Part shown: positions 30,015 through 37,981 of the stretch, in pieces
How the letters are laid out: the number at the start of each line of letters is the position of its first letter
Numbering within the stretch: the stretch's first letter is position 1
IMG/VR virus record: IMGVR_UViG_3300032053_000084
Span: 1-59,015 of that record
Source of the DNA: a virus
Taxonomy: Duplodnaviria; Caudoviricetes
Direction: 5' to 3' (one strand)
Length of the DNA stretch: 59,015 nt
Notes under the pieces: generated by a model
Seen by the model: only the letters and a program-made list of their open reading frames with translations
What the model was told of the DNA's origin: nothing
Database searches by the model: none
Program-made: the position numbers and the translations under genes

Positions 30015-30082
30015 GTTAGGATTCGGTTCTATGATTAGGAGCTGATCCCTAAGATTCGTACCGAAAGGCCAAACACCCTAAC
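30015..30082 (-). other. Nested intergenic stem-loop upstream of the amidase
   Basis: Nested pairings GTTAGG/CCTAAC, TTCGGT/ACCGAA, TTAGG/CCTAA. Confidence 0.5.
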
Positions 30083-30113
30083 TTTCAACATTATGGCTTA
30101 GTTGATTCCCCCA

Positions 30114-31010
30114 TTACAATACCCGTTTTCTATGTTTTCCAACCAAACTTTCCAAATCATTTACCAATTCAGAATATGAATTTGGTTTAGCAATAGCCTC
30201 GTCTAAAGAACCATAATGTTGCTCCAAACAATTCAAGAGCAATTCTTTGATTTTATTTTCATCAGGCCCATATGGAAGAGTGCTTTTAGCATACACTTCT
30301 TCAAGGGACTTTTCTTTCATGGTGAAATATTCAAAAATTTGTGTTTCTGTCCATTCACCTCTACGGATAGATTTCAATTGTTCCCTGTTTCGGGTAACAT
30401 CAAGATCACCCTCCGTCAAGATCATTTCCACTTCATTCAATAATCGAACAACGTGATAAGCGAATTTTACATCATAACCAAATTTTTCAACAATTTCTTT
30501 TCGCTTTCCTTCTGGCTTTTTTGTATCCATTTTATGCATCTGACTATATGCATAACCTTTGAATTTATGCCAGCATCCTTTGTGAAGGAACATTCTCCGA
30601 TTCTCACGAACCAAATTTCCGATTGCGGTAGAATGCAAAACGCATCTTTGCGGAACGAAAAGACTGTCAATCATATTTGGATTATTATCCATACACAATT
30701 GAAAATATTTGACAATAGAATAGATTTGTAAATCGTATTCTTTTCTTTCGTCTTTACATTCGATATGCGCTTGCTGATATTGTTCAAACCGATTTGTTTG
30801 CTTTCCGAAGCCTGAGATTTCACCAATCAAATGAGGAAAAATCATATACTTCGGTGGAATGGCAAAACCATAAATATCCATATCAGAATTATCAGAAGAA
30901 ACACCATAAGCGATACTTCCCATAATTACTTCATAATGAACATTCATTGCCAAAAATCCAGGTGGATTGATCAATCCTTTTTTACATAATCTGTCAACAA
31001 GACTTCCCAT
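30114..31010 (-). CDS. Pol-beta superfamily predicted nucleotidyltransferase
   Basis: GSIAYG...SDMD, NPNMID, GYDVKFAYHVVRLL. Confidence 0.85.
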   Translation of the reverse strand: MGSLVDRLCKKGLINPPGFLAMNVHYEVIMGSIAYGVSSDNSDMDIYGFAIPPKYMIFPHLIGEISGFGKQTNRFEQYQQAHIECKDERKEYDLQIYSIVKYFQLCMDNNPNMIDSLFVPQRCVLHSTAIGNLVRENRRMFLHKGCWHKFKGYAYSQMHKMDTKKPEGKRKEIVEKFGYDVKFAYHVVRLLNEVEMILTEGDLDVTRNREQLKSIRRGEWTETQIFEYFTMKEKSLEEVYAKSTLPYGPDENKIKELLLNCLEQHYGSLDEAIAKPNSYSELVNDLESLVGKHRKRVL

Positions 31011-31024
31011 AATATTTTTCCTTT

Positions 31025-31102
31025 TGAGGAAGAGTTACGGAATCGAACCGTTCTTCTGAATCAATGATGTTCTCAGTGTGCAATCCTTTACACTAACTCG
31101 AC
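31025..31102 (-). tRNA. Aberrant tRNA-like element (pseudo-tRNA); anticodon not assignable
   Basis: U8A9, D arm GTGT-AAAGGATT-GCAC, T arm ACGG-TTCGATT-CCGT, anticodon stem CTGAG/TTCAG with an 11-nt loop, acceptor stem with 2 mismatches, no CCA. Confidence 0.6.
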
Positions 31103-31108
31103 CATAAT

Positions 31109-31606
31109 TTATAAACTTCCCATAAAATCTTTTTTGAAAGAAGTTTCATTCCCTTTGAGATAATGAATAATCAATTTCGAAATACCTTCAATTTTTTCTT
31201 TTGTATATTCTCTTTTTTTCAATTCATTACAAAAATTAGAAACAGTCAAATAAAAAACATCAGGACTAATCCATTCCTTCCCCAGACAATGAAGAAAAAT
31301 CTGAAAAAGTTCTGGAAGGGATTCTCTTGAAAGTCTTTTTACTTTTGTTCTATCTTCTAACGGCATTCTTCTCCAAGAATTCAAATTAGAACAACATCCT
31401 TCCCTTGCATAAAGTTCTTTCCTATAAAGTTCTCCAAGATTTCCAGGAAGTTGCATAAGATCACAAACATGTCTTTTTCCATTCCATATAAGCGCAGGAC
31501 ACAATTCAGCGCCAGGATAAAGTCTATGTCCGGCCTGACACATAGATTTCCAACAACAAAATCCGCATCCAATACAATCTTCGATTTTTCCAATTTCATC
31601 ATTCAT
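31109..31606 (-). CDS. Cys-cluster (CxxCxxCC, YkgJ-like) protein
   Basis: CIGCGFCC...C...CPAL...C...CC; start moved to ATG 31606, downstream of the promoter. Confidence 0.6.
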   Translation of the reverse strand: MNDEIGKIEDCIGCGFCCWKSMCQAGHRLYPGAELCPALIWNGKRHVCDLMQLPGNLGELYRKELYAREGCCSNLNSWRRMPLEDRTKVKRLSRESLPELFQIFLHCLGKEWISPDVFYLTVSNFCNELKKREYTKEKIEGISKLIIHYLKGNETSFKKDFMGSL

Positions 31607-31612
31607 TATGTT

Positions 31613-31641
31613 ATTATACCAGAATAAAGGAAATATGTCAA
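31613..31641 (-). promoter_or_regulatory. Sigma70 consensus promoter
   Basis: TTGACA-17 nt-TATAAT. Confidence 0.85.
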
Positions 31642-31665
31642 GATAAATGTTTATTAATAATATCA

Positions 31666-31789
31666 ATGGGTTTGATGGGTTCGGTTCTGGCTTTCCACCT
31701 TCCGTTAGGACGGAGTTGTATAACCTATGGTGTGGCTACCGTCCTAAGTCCATAATAAGAAAAAGGATTTTTCCCCCCATCAAATCCAT
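31666..31789 (-). other. GC-richer structured intergenic element (candidate ncRNA)
   Basis: Outer ATGGGTTTGATGGG/CCCATCAAATCCAT stem and inner perfect TTAGGACGG/CCGTCCTAA stem. Confidence 0.5.
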
Positions 31790-31929
31790 CGTGCTCGATT
31801 TTTATTGAACTCTTTGACAGTTGTTTCCTGTTTCAAAAAATACATATTCCCGCACTCAATACATTCAATACGGTTTTCATAAACATACCATTTATTACTT
31901 CCACAATTACAAATAAATTGAGGTTTCAT
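31780..31929 (-). CDS. 49-aa zinc-ribbon protein (not in the ORF track)
   Basis: MKPQFICNCGS...ECIECG... Confidence 0.55.
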   Translation of the reverse strand: MKPQFICNCGSNKWYVYENRIECIECGNMYFLKQETTVKEFNKNRARWI

Positions 31930-31935
31930 AATAAA

Positions 31936-32849
31936 TTATCTTCTATCATTTAAACTAATTCCCTCTGTCGGGGTTACTGTCATTGACACCATTTCATTTC
32001 CAAATCGTTCCAGAACTTCCATCATTCTTGATTCAGCATTTCTCAATGCTTCAATATATGCAACTGGACCTCTTTGTTGAAGCGCATCTAATTCATTCAT
32101 AAGAGATAAACATTCAAGACCCCAAAGAGCATCAAGTCCGTGGGAAACTTTATCATAAACTTCAGTTGTTTTATCTACATCAATATTTTTTACTGTGATG
32201 GAAACTGCGGGCTTGATTCCTCTATAATTAGGTAAAGAAATTGTTGCTCCCCTTGATATTGTAATATCAATTTTTTGTTTGTTCATTTTCTTCTTTCCTT
32301 TTCATATTTTCAATTTGTTCAGGAGAAATTTTACCAACAAAAATATGATAAGTGTCTGCTGATTTCCCCATAATATTTTTGAACCAAGAACAAATTATTG
32401 ATGGTTTAGTTACAATTACCATTCTTTCTTTTGACCAAACGGTATGTATTTCATCAGAAATTATTTTTTCTCTCCATATTTCATCAATGATAATATTTTT
32501 TACTTGATTACAAATCTCCATCATTTCTTCTGTTCCCATACTAAAAGTGTTTATGGTAGACATTTATAACTCCTTATGGATTGCCCTGATAATCCTGATG
32601 TTGATGCCCACCGCTGGGCTGCCAAATATAAACGCCGTTCCCATATTCATATATATCTGATTTACTTGATGAAGGACTCATTGTTCTTGTATCCCATACA
32701 TCTACCATCCAACCATCTTCTCGATAACAGGATTCAATTGCGTTTTGTGCCATTTGATCAATAGAATGGGGGCGATATCGCCCCCTTTTCTTCAATCTTC
32801 TCTTTTCTAAAAATAACTCAAACCATTTTTTTATCAGTTTGAATAACAT
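31936..32849 (-). other. Three hypothetical ORFs (31936-32286, 32267-32563, 32574-32849)
   Basis: Packed co-oriented ORFs. Confidence 0.55.
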
Positions 32850-32852
32850 ACA

Positions 32853-33728
32853 TTATTCCTTTTTAGCAGAAGGATCTTTCATTTTCAAATTTACAAAAGG
32901 TGTAGCATTGCTTCCCATAAATTGAGGAAGAACACCATCCCATTTTTTCAGAGCCTCATACTCAAGAACGATAGGATTCAATTGTTCCCTGCGTAATTGA
33001 ATAGATTTCGCTTCTCCCTCTGCGGCTGCTATCTTCTGTTGCGCTTTGAATTTTTCCGCTTCCAGATTTCTCTGTTCGGTCAATGCTTTCTGTTCCGCAA
33101 TCTGTTTATTTTCAATCGCTTCCTCAAATTGTTTTGACCACTTGAAATTTACAATGGTAAAATCATCAACAATCATTTTATATGGAAGTAAATTTGCTTT
33201 CAAATCTTTCTTCATTTCATCACGAATAATCTCTCGTTTAGTAATCAATTCAAGAGCATTGTATCTTGCTGTTGCTTGTTTTACCACTTCTTGAGTTTTT
33301 GGTTCCACAATCTTTTGAGCATATGATAAACCTAACTCTCTATATACCCAGGAAACATCTTCTGGAATAAGGTGATAGTTTACCGTAACTGTAGTATGAT
33401 TGAACTGCTGATCTTTTGTAACCGCTTCACAATCTTGTTTACTCAATAAAATCTGAACAGACATTTTGATAACATCTTGATAGATAGGTATCCTTGAAGA
33501 TAAACCATCTGATAGAGGAATAGGTTTAGGCTTTCCCCATTCAAGAACAACACCTCTATGTCCTGCGGGTACAATTACCCAAGGATGAGCAATAAGAACG
33601 CATAAAAAACCAAATAGGATAGCAATAAGCGTTCCCCATTTTTTCCATTTTCCACTGATAAGATCCAGTGTTTGATTTGTCAATTCCTGTTTTTTCTCAT
33701 TATGAGCATCCCAATCATTTCTCGCCAT
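32853..33728 (-). CDS. SPFH/band 7/prohibitin protein
   Basis: N-terminal TM, VPAGHRGV, TKDQQ, AIENKQIAEQ, KWDGVLP. Confidence 0.92.
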   Translation of the reverse strand: MARNDWDAHNEKKQELTNQTLDLISGKWKKWGTLIAILFGFLCVLIAHPWVIVPAGHRGVVLEWGKPKPIPLSDGLSSRIPIYQDVIKMSVQILLSKQDCEAVTKDQQFNHTTVTVNYHLIPEDVSWVYRELGLSYAQKIVEPKTQEVVKQATARYNALELITKREIIRDEMKKDLKANLLPYKMIVDDFTIVNFKWSKQFEEAIENKQIAEQKALTEQRNLEAEKFKAQQKIAAAEGEAKSIQLRREQLNPIVLEYEALKKWDGVLPQFMGSNATPFVNLKMKDPSAKKE

Positions 33729-33748
33729 AACATTTTCTCCTTTACATT

Positions 33749-34114
33749 TTAGTCGTTATTTGATCCAGAATCACTTGAACTTGAATCTGAACCCGAATCA
33801 GACGATTCAGAATCAAAACTTTCGGAGGCTCCTCCACCCCCAAATTCTCCCCCACCACCAACAAATTTATTATTATCATCTAAAATATCTTGTCCAGTAG
33901 AAAGAAGAGAACTGATTACTACAGCTTCAACTATAGAAATTCCACTATCTTCTTCTTTTTGAATTATTTCTTTTTTCACCGGCCGGCCATGAAATCTTTC
34001 ATCATGAGATATTTGATCTGATACAGGAACCCCCCTTTCAGGATTGCATAAATTACAAATATAATATTCGGTATTGAATATTTCTGATTCTTGTTTCTTT
34101 TTGAACGGCCACAT
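33749..34114 (-). CDS. Hypothetical protein with Gly/Ser-rich tail
   Basis: GGGGEFGGGGAS followed by a Ser/Asp tail. Confidence 0.6.
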   Translation of the reverse strand: MWPFKKKQESEIFNTEYYICNLCNPERGVPVSDQISHDERFHGRPVKKEIIQKEEDSGISIVEAVVISSLLSTGQDILDDNNKFVGGGGEFGGGGASESFDSESSDSGSDSSSSDSGSNND

Positions 34115-34491
34115 ATTATTTCCTCTTTATAATTTATTGATGAAAAGCCTTCCACCACGACTGTCTTCCATGTATTTTGCTATTGTTATTTGTAAATCTC
34201 TTATTGAATCAGGATCTCCGATAACTTCTAATTTCAGACGCCCCTCACCAATATTTACCATAAATTTTTCATCTTTTACAGTCATTTCAAATGTTGTTGT
34301 TTTTATCATATCATTCTCTAATTTTTTTTATTTCTGCATTTTTTGTCTTATCATAATATAATAAAACATATCCTATTTTTTTACCAATGGCCCATTTTGC
34401 TATAGGCGCAGTTTCAATAACTATTCCATTCTCTGCAACTATACCAAATGTTGCATAAGATGTTGAAATCCAAAAGAGTTCTTCCATATTT

Positions 34492-35355
34492 TCATTTATC
34501 TATAAAGTATTTTATCATATTCACGGTGTATTGTAAACTCATTTCAGGATATTTATTTTTGATAGTTTCGTGTATGTCATAAATAAAACCAAAATGTGTA
34601 CTTTCATAAGAATTACAATACATTGCGATATCTATGCTTTTTTCTATTGTGGTAGGAAATCCATTGAAAAATCTATGTTCATCTGGTATTAGGGGAATAC
34701 AATTGTTTTGAAGAGCATCGAAAAATGATTGATCTAAATAACCTATTTTATAATTTTGAATTGAACCTAAAATAACAGTACATTTTGCGTCTACATATGG
34801 TATCGGAGCACTATTTCCTAAACTCAATTTGGTAAAATATTCTTGTTCTTTTCCTTTGTCTATTTTTGCAGAATAATAAACACCACCAAATTTTTTATGG
34901 TATTCAAGAATGTATTTTTCAAATGAAAAAATCTTTTCTATCAAATCCCCGTTATAAACTAATGAAAATTTTCTTTTCTCATCAATGGGATTGATCGTCA
35001 AGTTTTCTTTATCTTTTATTTTGATGGAGAATGGTAGATAGGTAAATTCTGTACGGAAATTCAATGCGGGTTCAAACATAATAGTTCCCGCTTTCTTGAA
35101 TAATTTATATTCATCGGTTGTAATTCCAAGATATCTGTCAAAAATCATCATTGGAATTTTCTTCGCATAACAATGAGTAACAACTTGAATTTGACGAGCT
35201 AATAGAGGCGATTTACGATTGCTTGGAGTCCAATCAAGAAAAATCGCCTCCATATTATTATCATCCTTATTGGTAATATCTAAAGTTGTAAATTCTTTTT
35301 TTAGTTCATCAATAAGGTCTTGGTTTTTTACATTATATAAGGCTAATCGGCGCAT
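34492..35355 (-). CDS. Hypothetical protein, possible GT-B-like C-terminal domain
   Basis: LVYNG and FFDALQNNCIPLI weakly resemble the GT-B nucleotide-binding half; overlaps the Ro60 stop. Confidence 0.4.
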   Translation of the reverse strand: MRRLALYNVKNQDLIDELKKEFTTLDITNKDDNNMEAIFLDWTPSNRKSPLLARQIQVVTHCYAKKIPMMIFDRYLGITTDEYKLFKKAGTIMFEPALNFRTEFTYLPFSIKIKDKENLTINPIDEKRKFSLVYNGDLIEKIFSFEKYILEYHKKFGGVYYSAKIDKGKEQEYFTKLSLGNSAPIPYVDAKCTVILGSIQNYKIGYLDQSFFDALQNNCIPLIPDEHRFFNGFPTTIEKSIDIAMYCNSYESTHFGFIYDIHETIKNKYPEMSLQYTVNMIKYFIDK

Positions 35356-36799
35356 TGATTCCACCTGTTAGAGATACAATAATGTCATCCAATTTAGTTT
35401 CCCAATTAGATTCATTTTCTTTCTCTAAACTCACAAGGTAATCTACAACCGCATCGGAAAATCCATGAATAACCTTATAACCTTTATCTTCTTCAATACC
35501 TTCCTTTTCAGGAGCGACATTGATTACATATGCTTTATCTACTTTTGCTTTGGTAACTACATTTTTATCCTGCGCTTGTTCGTCTGTTATGATAATTATT
35601 CTATCATATTCACGAATCTTATTATTGATAACTCCTAATGCTTTTGCTAAATAAGTTGCGTTGTGGCTTTGGCTATGATTGATAGCATTTGCAAGGGAAA
35701 ATCCTCTCAACCTGTTGTCTACAGAGGCAATATCAGAAGAAAATGAGAATACCGCAACATTCTCACAAATCTCTCTCAAAAGAAGACCAATACCGCAAGC
35801 AACATCAATACGGGTAGTTTCTTTCTGTCTGCTAAATCTTTTTTGAGTCAAAGGGGCATTCATAGAACCGGAAACGTCAACTAATAAAACAGTTCTACCT
35901 GAAAGACGATCTTTATTTTCAAGACATTTGAACATCGCCTTTTCTAACATTTCTCCCATTGAAGGAGCAAACTTTTGGGCGGTGATAAAGCGATAAGGTA
36001 ATACCTTATCGAATTTGATAGTATCAAATCCATGAATAAGAACATCCTTTGTAACTCCTGCATCAATCATACCTCTCAAATTACGAATGAATGCTAAAGC
36101 ACCAAGTTTACCTTCACTGATAAGCCTTTCAAAAGTTTCTTTTTTGTCTTTACCAGCAGACAATTCTACTTCCCAAGTATCGGCCGCTGTCAGATTACCG
36201 TCAATCAATTTTTTCCAAATTAGAGATTGTTCCTCATTTCTTGGTTTAGGATGAACAAGAAACATAACATCTTTTAGAGAAATACCTTTTTCTTCCCTGT
36301 ATTTCGCAAGATTATAAGCATTGAACTTGCCGAAAGCATTTGCTAAACCTTTCTTTACCTGTGAAGAAATAGGTTGCTTGATCAATTTTACATTTGAAAC
36401 TTCTTTTCTATCTGAAATTCTTGTATCCCAAGAAAAAATTGTACTTCCACAAGAATTTTGTGCTTCTGTTTCTAATGTAATAGGATCAAGGAAATATAGA
36501 TATAGAAAATATGCTAATTCATCAGCCCTTTGAATAACTCTGTTTAGAGTAGTAGCAACCAAATGTTTATGAGTATTATGTTTTGCCATCTGGCGAACAA
36601 TCCATAATGGAGCATGTCTCAAATTATATTTGGAACGTGCTTCAATTGCAAGGGAGGCAACAATTTCAGGATTTACTTGCGGGACAAGTGAAGCAATCCT
36701 ATTAGAAATGGATAAACCATTTTCATAGAATGTATCTTCGAATAACAAGCAATTCAAAACGGAACGTCTTAGTTGCTGATCTTTACGTAATTCTAACAT
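35333..36799 (-). CDS. rsr: Ro60/Rsr (TROVE plus vWA) RNA-binding protein
   Basis: LRRSVLNCLLFEDTFYE, IQRADEL, KKGLA.AF.KF..Y.LAKY, LKDVMFLVHPKP, TWEVELS, ALAFIRNLR, VLPYRF; vWA DVSGSM and ITDEQ; AGGAGG RBS. Confidence 0.93.
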   Translation of the reverse strand: MLELRKDQQLRRSVLNCLLFEDTFYENGLSISNRIASLVPQVNPEIVASLAIEARSKYNLRHAPLWIVRQMAKHNTHKHLVATTLNRVIQRADELAYFLYLYFLDPITLETEAQNSCGSTIFSWDTRISDRKEVSNVKLIKQPISSQVKKGLANAFGKFNAYNLAKYREEKGISLKDVMFLVHPKPRNEEQSLIWKKLIDGNLTAADTWEVELSAGKDKKETFERLISEGKLGALAFIRNLRGMIDAGVTKDVLIHGFDTIKFDKVLPYRFITAQKFAPSMGEMLEKAMFKCLENKDRLSGRTVLLVDVSGSMNAPLTQKRFSRQKETTRIDVACGIGLLLREICENVAVFSFSSDIASVDNRLRGFSLANAINHSQSHNATYLAKALGVINNKIREYDRIIIITDEQAQDKNVVTKAKVDKAYVINVAPEKEGIEEDKGYKVIHGFSDAVVDYLVSLEKENESNWETKLDDIIVSLTGGINAPISLI

Positions 36800-36816
36800 A
36801 TTGACCTCCTAAAAAT

Positions 36817-36914
36817 TGAGAATATGAAAGGAACAGGCGACAAAAGTTATGCCCTTGCGGGCGGTCATTTTTAGAGATGAAGTAACTCTCATCTATCACC
36901 ACAACATATTCTCA
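36817..36914 (-). ncRNA. Y RNA-like unit 4 (98 nt; GNRA hairpin module)
   Basis: Closing stem TGAGAATATG/CATATTCTCA; TGGTGATAGATGAGAGTTACTTC...AACTTTTGTC..TGTTCC; inner GCCC-GCAA-GGGC. Confidence 0.75.
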
Positions 36915-36925
36915 TATAAAATTGA

Positions 36926-37084
36926 TGTTATCAGGGAATAATCGAAAGAGACTTTTTATAACAGCTGTGCTACCGTTACACTAAATTTCCTTACGAAACC
37001 TTTCGGTTGTCCTGGGGAAACTTGGGAATTGAACCCATCATGCTGTTTCCATGCGAAGTATCTCTATCTACACCACCGATAACA
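36926..37084 (-). ncRNA. yrlA: YrlA-type Y RNA with circularly permuted tRNA-like domain (159 nt)
   Basis: Closing stem TGTTATCGG/CTGATAACA; TGGTGTAGATAGAGATACTTC; ACAGC/GCTGT stem enclosing a T arm (TGGG-TTCAATT-CCCA), a 7-bp acceptor analog AGTTTCC/GGAAATT, then TA and a D arm (GTGT-AACGGTA-GCAC). Confidence 0.85.
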
Positions 37085-37098
37085 AAATAAACATAAAA

Positions 37099-37179
37099 TG
37101 TAAATTAGAGGAATAAACAATAAAAGTCTTTTTTCATCAGTATAGTGAAGTAACTCTCATCTACACCATCTAATTTACA
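37099..37179 (-). ncRNA. Y RNA-like unit 2 (81 nt; minimal)
   Basis: Closing stem TGTAAATTAGA/TCTAATTTACA; TGGTGTAGATGAGAGTTACTTC...ACTTTTATT..TATTCC. Confidence 0.75.
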
Positions 37180-37188
37180 AAATCAAAA

Positions 37189-37385
37189 AGATGAATAAGG
37201 ATCAAAAAGATAAGGCTGCCATAGGTACAACCCGATAATTGGCTTTCATACAATCATGTATACCGTTCCAAAGACGGAATATGAAGGTGCCAGTCTGTTA
37301 TTGTGTGACCACTCACACCCTGGCGGTTATGGTTTCATTTTCAATTTCAATTTGAAGTATCCTTATCAACCACCATTATTCATCT
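37189..37385 (-). ncRNA. Y RNA-like unit 1 (197 nt; large multibranch module)
   Basis: Closing stem AGATGAATAA/TTATTCATCT; TGGTGGTTGATAAGGATACTTC pairing with CCTTATC; inner stems CCATA/TATGG, GCCAG/CTGGC, GTGTGA/TCACAC, TTCATA/TATGAA. Confidence 0.72.
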
Positions 37386-37398
37386 AAATTCTACTTAT

Positions 37399-37427
37399 AG
37401 TATAACATAAACTGATAAAATTGTAAA
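37399..37427 (-). promoter_or_regulatory. Sigma70-type promoter of the Y RNA array-Ro60 operon
   Basis: TTTACA-17 nt-TATACT with extended TG; predicted start a few nt before unit 1. Confidence 0.8.
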
Positions 37428-37431
37428 CATA

Positions 37432-37954
37432 CTATTTTTTGGGAATAACAACTGCTCCAAGTTTTTCCTTCGGCGGAACTTTCAATGCTTTTGGTGCAGG
37501 AAGCCCAAGTTTAAAAATCTGTTTCAGAACTGAATCAGAAAGAGCATCCAATCTCATCTGTGATCCGATACTTGTAAAATTACATCTTTTTCCCCAATAT
37601 CTTTGAATGTAAGCCATTGCTTCTTCATTTGATCCGGCAGCCACCATTGCTGTCCACGCATTCATATCGGGTGGAACTTCATACTCAAGTCGATAAATAT
37701 ACACTTCTTTTAGTTTCATACAACACTCCTTGTTATTGTTTTATATCTTCTACCAATAATTCATATTTTGGAGAATATTCATATCTCGCAGGTTTTATAC
37801 TTTTCACATCGGTTATAATATAATATGTAATCCACTGACCCGCTTGTTTTGTATCTTTTTGTTCTGCAAGTTTATCGGGTAAAAATATTTGTCCAACTTC
37901 TATTTTTTCAGGTTCCTTTTCTAATCTTTCAAACTCTGATATTGTCATTATCAT
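37432..37954 (-). other. Two hypothetical ORFs (37432-37719, 37733-37954)
   Basis: RBSs; downstream of TATAAATA. Confidence 0.55.
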
Positions 37955-37967
37955 TACCCTCTATACA

Positions 37968-37975
37968 TATTTATA
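37968..37975 (-). promoter_or_regulatory. T4-type late promoter
   Basis: Intergenic TATAAATA, 13 nt upstream of ATG 37954. Confidence 0.55.
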
Positions 37976-37981
37976 TTGTTA

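Noticed and set aside
29976-31789. Self-cleaving ribozyme or known riboswitch in the structured gaps
   Set aside because: No hammerhead CUGANGA/GAAA core in the right arrangement and no riboswitch consensus recognised; kept only as unclassified structures.
34492-35355. DNA glucosyltransferase for base modification
   Set aside because: The GT-B resemblance is too weak and no hydroxymethylase is seen in the window.
36961-37046. Canonical tRNA gene
   Set aside because: The T arm precedes the D arm and there is no anticodon loop; it is a permuted mimic.
36817-37385. Recurring GAAGTA.CTCT.ATCTA.ACCA motif as a CRISPR array
   Set aside because: Spacing is highly variable, the repeats are degenerate and pair with distal partners inside closed stems, and no cas genes are present; a Y RNA array fits better.
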